Shown in pieces: positions 45,063-54,000 of a DNA stretch of 64,000 nt (the first letter of the stretch is position 1; each line of letters opens with the position of its first letter). The notes under the pieces are model-generated. The model did no database searches and was not told where the DNA came from. It was given only the letters and a program-made list of their open reading frames with translations. The DNA is from Alphaproteobacteria bacterium (GTDB taxonomy: Bacteria; Pseudomonadota; Alphaproteobacteria; UBA828): assembly GCA_022820945.1 (NCBI GenBank), contig JAJEEP010000178.1, positions 60,653 through 124,652 of the forward strand. The letters are read 5' to 3'. The position numbers were made by a program, and so were the translations under genes.

Positions 45063-48000
45063 CTATTGGCCAGGCATCGGCAACCAAAAGCGCCGGCGCT
45101 GGAACGGATAGCCGGGCAGGGAGATGCGCCGCCGGGTCTCGCCGGCGAAAAGCCCCGAGAAGGAGACGCCGAGCCCCGCCTCGTAAGCCAGGGCGACCGC
45201 CTCCACGAAGGCACTGTCGGCAAGTTCTGCCGCCTCCTCCTCGCCACCAGCCGACTGCCGCTGGCTCGACAACATCTTCGGCGCGGATATGTTTTCCCCT
45301 GACTTCGGCCAAGCCTCCGCCAGCAGCGGCGCCAGTGCAGCATCGGGGCCGATCTCGATGACGACCTCCACGCCCAATTCCGCCAAGTTACCGGCACAGG
45401 CGTCGATTGCGAGTGGAGCGCCCGCCGCCTGGCGGTGCCAGTACGCCCCATCCAGTACCTGGTCCGGATCCATCGCGCGGCCGGTGAGGCCGCTCATCAG
45501 GCTGACTGACGGTGCGGCGAATGCGATGCCTTCCAGCGCCGCCTCTGTAACGCTTCTCGCCGCTGCCAGCCGCAACCCGTCCTCCAGGCTGACCACGCCG
45601 GCGGCCTGTGCCGCCGCGATCTCGCCCGCGCCCTGCCCGGCCACCACGCTCGGCCGGATGCCGACGCTCGCCCACAGTGCCGTGAGCGCGCACGCCAGTG
45701 CGTAGGTTGCGGGCCGCGCCCACGCCGGATCGCTCAGCCCTCCCTCGGAGCCGGGTCCGCCGAACATCGCTTCGAGCAGCGAGGCCTCGCGATCCTCCCC
45801 GAGTACCGCATCGCAACGGTTGAGCACGGAGCGCACGACCGGCTCGCGCGCGAAGAGCGCGCCGCCCATGCTGACCCACCGGTCGGTCTCGCCGGTGTAG
45901 ACGAACGCGATCTTCTTCGCCGCTCCCGGGTCACGCTCCGCGTCCGCATGCGCGTGCGCGGTGAGGCTCTTTCGCAGCGATGCCGCGTCCTGGAACACCA
46001 CGCCGGCCCGGTGGCCGAAGTGGCTGCGGCCGACGGCGGCCGTCCAGGCCATGTCCGAGAGCACGGTGTCGGACGCGGCGCCGTCTGCCGCCAACGCGTC
46101 GGCGTGCTCGTCGAGCCACGAGAGATATCGTCCTGCCAGCGCCCGGAGCGCCTCGCCGGACTTGGCCGAGAGCGGCAGCAACCGCGTGTCGCGCGCGGAG
46201 AAAGCCTCCTCGGACGGCGTCAGACTCGCGAGCGGCTCCGGCAGGGTCGCTGCGACGCTCTGTGCGGCGCCCGCATACGAATGCCCTTCGTTGCCCTCGG
46301 CCGGGGTGCCATTCGTCGGCCCGTACCCCTCCAGCACGACGTGCGCGTTCACGCCCGAAATCCCGAAGGCGCTGACCCCGGCACGGCGCGGCCGCCCCGC
46401 CTCCTCCGGCCAATCCGTCGTCTCCGACACCACCCGCACCGGCAGCCGGTCCCAGTCCAGGTGTGGATTGGGCTCATGGAAGTGCAGGTTCTTCGGAATT
46501 GCACCGTGCCGCATCGCCAGCGCGACCTTGATCAGGCCGGCAACGCCCGCCGCCGATTCCAGATGACCGAGGTTGGTCTTGACCGAGCCGATGAGCAGCG
46601 GGCGGTCAGGGCTCCGCTCCCGGCCATAGACCACAGCCGCCGCGTTCACCTCGATAGGATCGCCCAGCCCCGAACCGGCGCCGTGCGCCTCCAGATAGTC
46701 CACGTCCGACGGCAAGACCCTCGCCTGTGCGAGCGCTTCCTCGATCACCCGCTCCTGCGCCGGGCCGTTCGGCACGGTCGGTCCCGCGCTCGCTCCGTTC
46801 TGGTTGACCGCCGCCCCGCGGATCACGGCCCAGATGCGGTCGCCGTCGGCCTCCGCCTCGGTGAGCCGCTTGAGGACGACCATGCCGCAACCCTCGCTCC
46901 GCACGAAGCCATCCGCCGCGGCATCGAAGGTCCTGCAACGGCCGGTCCGCGACAGCATTCCAAGCGCTGCCATCTCGACGGTGAGCCCAGGCGACAGCAC
47001 AGCGTTCACGCCGCCCACCAGCGCCATGTCCACCTCGCCCTGCCGCAGGCCCGCGACCGCCTGCTGCACCGTGACCAGCGATGCCGCGCAGTTGAGCATC
47101 ACCGGATTGGTCGGCCCCATGAGACCCAGCTTGAACGCGACGCCGCCGACTGCGGTGCTGCTCGCGGTACCGAGATAGCTGAGGCTGTCGTTACCGGCCA
47201 ACATCATCAGGTCGCGGTATTCGCTGGTGGAGAGCCCGGCATAGACCCCGGTGCGGCTCCCCCGCAGACAGTCCGGATCGATCCCTGCGTCCTCGAGCGC
47301 CTGCCAGGTCGTCTCCAGGAGCAGCCGCTGCTGCGGGTCCATCATGCGCACACCGATAGGCGTCATCCCGAAGAAGCGCGCATCGAAGCGGTCGATCCCG
47401 TCGACGAAGCCGCCTTGTCTCCAGGGACGGTCGTCGGCTGCCGGGTCGCCGGCAACGCCGGTCCAGATTCCGCCATCCTGGCGCCCGTCCGTCACCGCGT
47501 CGTGACCCTCTTCGAGCTGACGCCAGAAGGACTCCAGGTCCGCCGCACCGGGGAAGCGGCAGGCCATCCCCACGATGGCGATGCCGTCTTCCTCGCTCCG
47601 CATCGGCGCCTGCGGGCTCGGTTCGGTCGCAGACTCGGGGGCCGGGGCCGCGATCTCCTCGCCAAGCTCCCCCGCCAGATGGCCGGCGAGAACCAAAATG
47701 TTCGGATAGTCGAACACCAGCGTGTTCGGCGCCGCGTAAGCGCCGGAGAACGCGCGATTCAGGCGGTTCCGCAACTCGACCGCCATCAGCGAATCCATGC
47801 CGAGGTCGAAGAAGCCAACCGTCGGCGCCGGCGTCGACGGCAGCCGCAGCACCGCCTGCACCTCCTGCTGCAGGAAGGACACCAGGAGCTCCTCGCGTCC
47901 CGCCGCGGGTGTCGCGGCGAGCTGCGCTAGCAGGTCTTCCGACGAGGTCGCGGCTTCGTCGTCCGCAGACGCGTCGGAGAGTAGGTCCTCGAACAGGGGT

Positions 48001-51000
48001 GGGCGGCTCTCGAGGGCCTCGCCGAACGCTGCCCAGTCCGCCGTCAGCACGGCAGCGGCAGCGGTGTCCTGCCGCAGCAGACGGTCGAGCGCGCTGAAGC
48101 CCTGCTCCGGGGTGAACCAGCCGGTGCCCAATGCCTCCCGCCGCCGGGCGATGCGCTCGCGCTGCTCCTCCGCCTCGCCGAGCCCCGACCAGGCACCCCA
48201 GGCGATGGCCTGCCCGGGCAGCCCCAGCGCGCGCCGGTGGGCCGCGAGTTGATCGAGGAACGCGTTGGCCGCCGCGTGGTTGGCCTGCCCCGGATTGCCC
48301 AGAATGCCGGCCACGCTCGAGAAGATGACGAAGAGGTCGAGGTCGCGATCGGCAGTCGCGCGGTGAAGATGCCAGGCGCCCAGCATCTTCGGCCACAGCA
48401 CGGTCTCGAAGCTATCCCAGCTCTGGTTCCCGAGCGCGGCGTCGGCCAGCACGCCGACGCTGTGGATCACCCCGGCGAGCGGCGGCAGCTCCCGATCCAT
48501 TCGCGCGAGCATGGCATTGAGCGCAGCCGGATCCGTCACGTCGGCAATCTCGACCTCGATGCTGAATCCCCGGGCGCGCAGCGCTTCGATCGCCTGTTCC
48601 GCCGCCGCGTCAGGCGGCCTGCGGCCGTTCAGCACGACCGTGCCCGCGCCGCGCTCGGCAAGCCATTCGGCGAGCGCGCAGCCGATGCCGCCCAGGCCGC
48701 CGGTCACCAGGTAGGTTCCGTCCTGCCGCAGCCGGCCCGTCCTGAACGACGGCAAAGTCAAGACGATCTTGCCGATGTGCCGCGCCGCGCGCATGAAGCC
48801 CATCGCGGCGCTCGTCTCGGTGAGCGGCCATCTGGTGTGCCTGAGTGGCGCAAGCTCACCCGTTGCCATGCGCGCCAGCACCTCTTTCAGGGCCGCTCCC
48901 GGCCGAGCCGGGTCATGCTGCTTCAGGGTGTAGAGATCCAGGATCGAATAGGCGACGTCGGGCCGCAGCGCCGCCATCTCGCCCTCGCTCAGGATGTCCC
49001 GCCGGGCGAGCTCCACGAAGCGCCCGCCGTCCGCGAGGCAGGCGAGGCTCGCCTCGATGAAGCCCTCGCCGGTCAGGCTGTTCAGCACCACGTCGACCCC
49101 GGCACCGCCTGTGGCTGCGAGGACTTCCTCACCGAACGCAATCGAACGGCTGTCGAACACGTGCTCGACGCCGAGCGAGCGGAGGTAGGCCTGCTTGGGC
49201 GCGCTCGCCGTGGCGAACACCTCCGCGCCCGCAGCCTGCGCAAGCTGGATGGCCGCGAGACCGACGCCGCCCGCGCCGGCGTGAATCAGCACGCGGTCCC
49301 CGGCCTTCAGCCCGGCAAGCTCGTACGACAGCACGCATGTCACGAACACCGAGGGGATCGTGGCGAGCGCCGTCGCGGACACGTCCGGCGGTGCCACCGC
49401 CACAAGTTCCTCGCGCGTCACCACCTCCGGCCCGAAGGTGCCGAAGGCGAAGCCGGCCACGCGGTCACCCACTGAGACGGTAGTTACATCCGCACCGGTT
49501 TCGACGATCCGGCCGCAGAACTCCTCGCCGAGCAGTCCCTCCTCGACCAGGCCCATGGCCCGGAAGACGTCGAGGAAGTTGAGCCCGCAGGCTTCGACCG
49601 CGACGCGCACCTCCTTCGACTCCAGGGCACGCGCCGCCAGCTGCTGCACCTGCAGTGTCTCGGCTGCGCCGCCCTCGTCCGGCGCCAGCACCCAGTCCGT
49701 CTCCTCCGGCAGGACAAGACGCTCCGAGCCGGGGCCCGACCGCACCAGCCGGGCCGCTTGGCGGCGCCCCTGGCGGTGCGCGATGTGGTTCTCCGAATCC
49801 GGGAACAGCAGCTCGTCGGCGAGGACGGCCTGCGGCTCCGCTGCCTCGGGGTCGAGATCGAGCATCCGGGCCTGCAGCTGGGGCGCCTCCCGCGCCACCA
49901 CCTTGCCCAGGCCCCAAAGGGAAGCGCCGGCCAACTGCCCAACCCGCTCCCGCTCCAGCACCTGCGCACCCCGGGTGACGAACCAGAGGCCCTTCTCGGG
50001 CACGGCGTCCGCGTCTGCGATGCCCTGCACGAGCGCGAGCGCGCTTGCCGCCGCGCGTTTCGCATCCGCCGCCAGGTCTGCGGTCGTCGCATCCGCCCCG
50101 TGGCCGTCCTGCGCGACGAGGTGCACCGCCCCGGCTAAGGGCACGTCCGTGGGCAGGCCTTCGACGAGCGATCGCCAGGACTCGCGGCGTTCCATCTCGA
50201 CCGAAGCCGCAACGATCCCGGCCTCGTTCTCTGCCGCCGCGCCCGTGCCAGCCGCAACATCGCTGGCCAGCACCACCCGCTGGTTCTGGGCAGCCAGTTG
50301 CGCCGCGAGCGCCTCCGCCACGCCGCCCCGGTCGGCAGCCAGAATCCAGGCGCCCTCGGGCAGGTCGATCTCGGCCGGGCCCTGCGCCACGATCACGCCC
50401 CGATCCGGCAGGCCGGCCGTCTCCGACCGGTCCACGCCGAGAACCTCGGATTCCGTGAACCCCGCATCGGCCAGCCCCTGACGCCACACGTCGGGCCCGG
50501 CGAGGGCGTGGTTCGGGCGATAGCGATCGGCGAAGCGCCACCATCCGTCCAGCTGGCCGAAGATCAGGTCCATCCAGCCCCGGCCGCGCTGGTTCTCCAG
50601 CGCCACCAGCAGCCCCGACGGCGCCAGGAGCGCCCGGCAGTGGGCGAGCGTCTCGTCCAGATGGCGCGTGGCGTGCAGCACGTTGGCCGCGATGACCATG
50701 TCGTATGCGTGGGGCTCGAAGCCCTGCTCCACCGGATCCTTCTCGATATCCAGCACCCGGTAGTCGATCGACGCCTCGGCGCCGCCGAAGCGCGACTCCG
50801 CCTCCGCGAAGAAGCCCGCGGAGATGTCGGTATACATGAAGTTGAACCGTCCGGCCGGTAGCTCGGGCAAGATGGTTTCGGTCGCCGAGCCGATGCCGGC
50901 GCCCACCTCCAGCACGCGCAGACGCCGCCCGTCCGGCACGTCGTCCACGAGTGTGCGAACCACCTCGCCGATCATGCGGTTCGCCGCGCGCCAGACCGGC

Positions 51001-54000
51001 GCGAGCCGATACAGATCGCCGGCCGTCGGCTCCGCGTCGCCGAACAGCAGCGACAGCGGATCCTCTTTGCCGCGCAGCACCTCGGGCAGGGCACCGGCGC
51101 AGCGCCCAAACAGCCCGATCTCGTTCGCCGCGTGCGGGAAGCGCCCGGTCACCCCGTCCAGAAACGCCTCGGAATCGCGCGGCATTTCGTCCGGCAGCGG
51201 ATCGTTCGCTCCGATCGTCACGACGAAGCCCTTGTCCTGCACCTGCAACACGCCCGAACGAGCCAGGATCTCGAGCATCCGGCGAAGCAGATGCGCGTGC
51301 TCGGGTAGCACCTCGAGGCGCTCGCGCAGCTCCTCCGGATTCACGACCGCGCCTGCCCCGCGCTCCCACCCAAGTTTCTCCAACGCCGCGAGCGCATGGC
51401 ACCACGCCGCCCGCTCCATCTCCCCTTGCAGGTCGGTCTCGTCCGCGACCTCGACCCCCTCGTCGGTCAGATAGCGCGAGAACGGCTGCGAGCGGGCCGC
51501 CGCGGCGGACGGCATCGGCAGGAAGTCCGCCGGCAGCATGCCCGGCGGCAAGGCGCAATCACGCCAGACGACCTCGTAGAGCAGCTCGTCGATCCCTGCC
51601 ACACCCTCGAGCAGCGTCGCCCGCGTAGCCCGCTTCACCGTGAAGCCCGCCAGCTCCCCGATGAGCGTCCCGCCCTGGTCGTAGAGGCGAAGGTCGGCGG
51701 CATGAACCTCCGGCACTCCCTCCCTCTCGGCGTCCGCCTCCTCGCCGGCCCGGCCTTCCCTCACGGTCACGTGGCAGAGCAGGCGTTCCGGCACGCCTCC
51801 GGCCAGCCACAGCCGCTCCCACGCGAACGGGAGATAGGTGATCCCCTCCTCGCCTCCGTCCGGGCTGCGCGCTGCGCCGAAGGCCTGGAAACAGCCGTCG
51901 AGCACGAGCGGATGCACGTCGAGCGGGCCGCGCTCGAGCCCGGCAGGCAGCGCCACTTCGGCGATCGCCTCGCCCGGCCGTGCCCAGAGACCCTCCACCG
52001 TGCGGAAGGAGGGGCCGAGCTCGATCCCGACGGCGGCCTTGGCGCGGTAGTAGGCGGCGAGGTCAACCGGCGCGAGCGCAGCCTTCAGCCCCTCGATATC
52101 GAGCGGTGGGCCAACTTGCGCCGGGCCGGCAGGACTCGTCGAGACGCGGCCCTCCGCGTGCAGCGACCATGCGTCCTCGCCCTCGCCCCGGCTGAGGATG
52201 CGGACCCGGCGAGCCACCTCGTCCTCGGCATCGTCGAGCAACACCTGCACCCGCCGGCCCGCTTCGGCGGAGTCGTCCTCGGCGTCCTCGCCAGCGAAGA
52301 CCAGCGCGCTCTGCATCTGGAAGTCGTCGATGACGACCGCCTCGCTCCCTTCGGCTATGGAGGCCGCCGCGGCCATGGCGCCATAGAGCGCGCCCGGCGC
52401 GATCAGCCGGCCGAAGACGCGGTGGTCGGCGAGCCACGCAGGATCGGAGGGGAAGACCTCCGTATCGAAGGCGATCTCGCCGCTGGCGGAGTCGTGGCGC
52501 GTACCCAGCAAGGAGTGGCCGGCAGCCGTCCGCCGCCGCTTGGGCGCCTCGACCCAGTAGCGCTCGCGCTGGAAGGGATAGCCCGGAAGCGCAATCCGGC
52601 ACCGCTCCTCGCCCGCGAAGAGCCCGTCGAACCGTAGCCGGAGCCCCGCTTTGTATGCGCCGGCGACAGCCTCGACAAAGCCGCCGCCGGAACCCGGCGC
52701 AGGCGGCTCCTCATCCTTCGCCGGCCGAATCAGGCTCGACATCACCGCCGGTGCGGTCCCGGCCGTCTCAGGCCACGCCATGGTCGTCATCGGACCCAGC
52801 ACGGCATGGGGACCGATCTCGATGACCGCATCGACGCCGACTTCCGCCAGCGTCTCGATGCAGGCGCGGAAGGCCACGGGTTCGCGCGCCTGGCGCCGCC
52901 AGTACGCCGCATTCGGCGCCTCGCCCGATTCCAGCGCACGGCCGGTCAGGTTGCTGACGAAGGTGACGGACGGCGACGCGAAGGGGATGGTCGAGATCGC
53001 GGCTTCCATGTCGCCCAGCGCCGGCTCGATCATGGCGCTGTGGTAGGCAGGGCTCCTGCGCAGCCGCGCGACACGGACCTCCTCCGCCTCGAAGCGCGCG
53101 AGCAGCGCCTCCACGTCCGCCTTGGAGCCGCTCACCACCTGGTGAGCGCCGTTGTCTGCCGCGACGCTCAGGCCCGGCCCGTCCGACGCCGCGTTCTGTT
53201 CCTCCACTGCTGCGGCCACGCGGGGTGGCGGCGCGAAGATAGCCCCCATCGCGCCCTCGCCGGGAAGCGCGCCGATCAGGCTTCCCCGCGCCGCCGCGAA
53301 ACGCAGGCCCTCCTCCAGGCTGAAGACGCCGGCGGTGTGCGCAGCCGCGATCTCTCCCAGGCTATGTCCCAGCACCACGTCCGGCCGGACGCCGATGCTC
53401 TCCCAAAGCGCCGCGAGCGCGCATTCGAGCGCATAGATCGCCGGCTGCTTCCACTGCGGATCGTCCAGTTCGCCCGCTGCGCCGGGCCGGCCGAACATCA
53501 CGTCCAGCAACGAGGCGCCGCCTCTGTCCTCCGCGAGCACCTTGTCGCAGCGGTCGAGCACTGCCCGGAACACCGGCTCGCTCGCATAGAGCGCTTCGCC
53601 CATGCCGGGCCACTGGCTCGCCTGCCCAGTGCAGACAAACGCGACCTTCGTCGCCTCGGGCGAGGTCGGTCCCTCGTCCGCCTCGACAATCGCCCGCAAA
53701 CCCTCCCGCAGCGACTCCGCGTCCCGGAACGCCACCCCCGCCCGGTGGCCAAAGTGGCTCCGGCCGATGCCGGCCGACCATGCCATGTCGGAGAGCACGG
53801 GATCGGACGCCATGCCCTCGGCCGCAATCGCCTCCCCATGTTCGTCGAGCCAATCGAGATGGCGTCCTGCCGCGTCGCGAAGCGCCGCCGCCGACTTTCC
53901 GGAGAGCGGCAGCAGGCGCGTTCCGCGCGGGGCAAGCCCTCCCGCTGCCTGCGCAGGCCCGCCGACCGACGCCGGCAGCGAGACTTCGACCGGCCGCGCG

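Larger units (their letters stand above)
45066..47588 (-). repeat. internal paralogous segment B (KS2-AT0-linker) of the PKS gene
   Basis: See segment A. Both copies end with the LPGYPFQR-R-W post-AT linker. The antisense shadow ORFs 45948..47930 and 52806..54797 mirror each other. Confidence 0.8.

Noticed and set aside
45948-47930. 660-aa plus-strand ORF inside the PKS (with its twin at 52806..54797, 663 aa)
   Set aside because: Both are antisense shadows of KS-AT coding sequence. Their resemblance merely reflects the internal duplication of the PKS gene.
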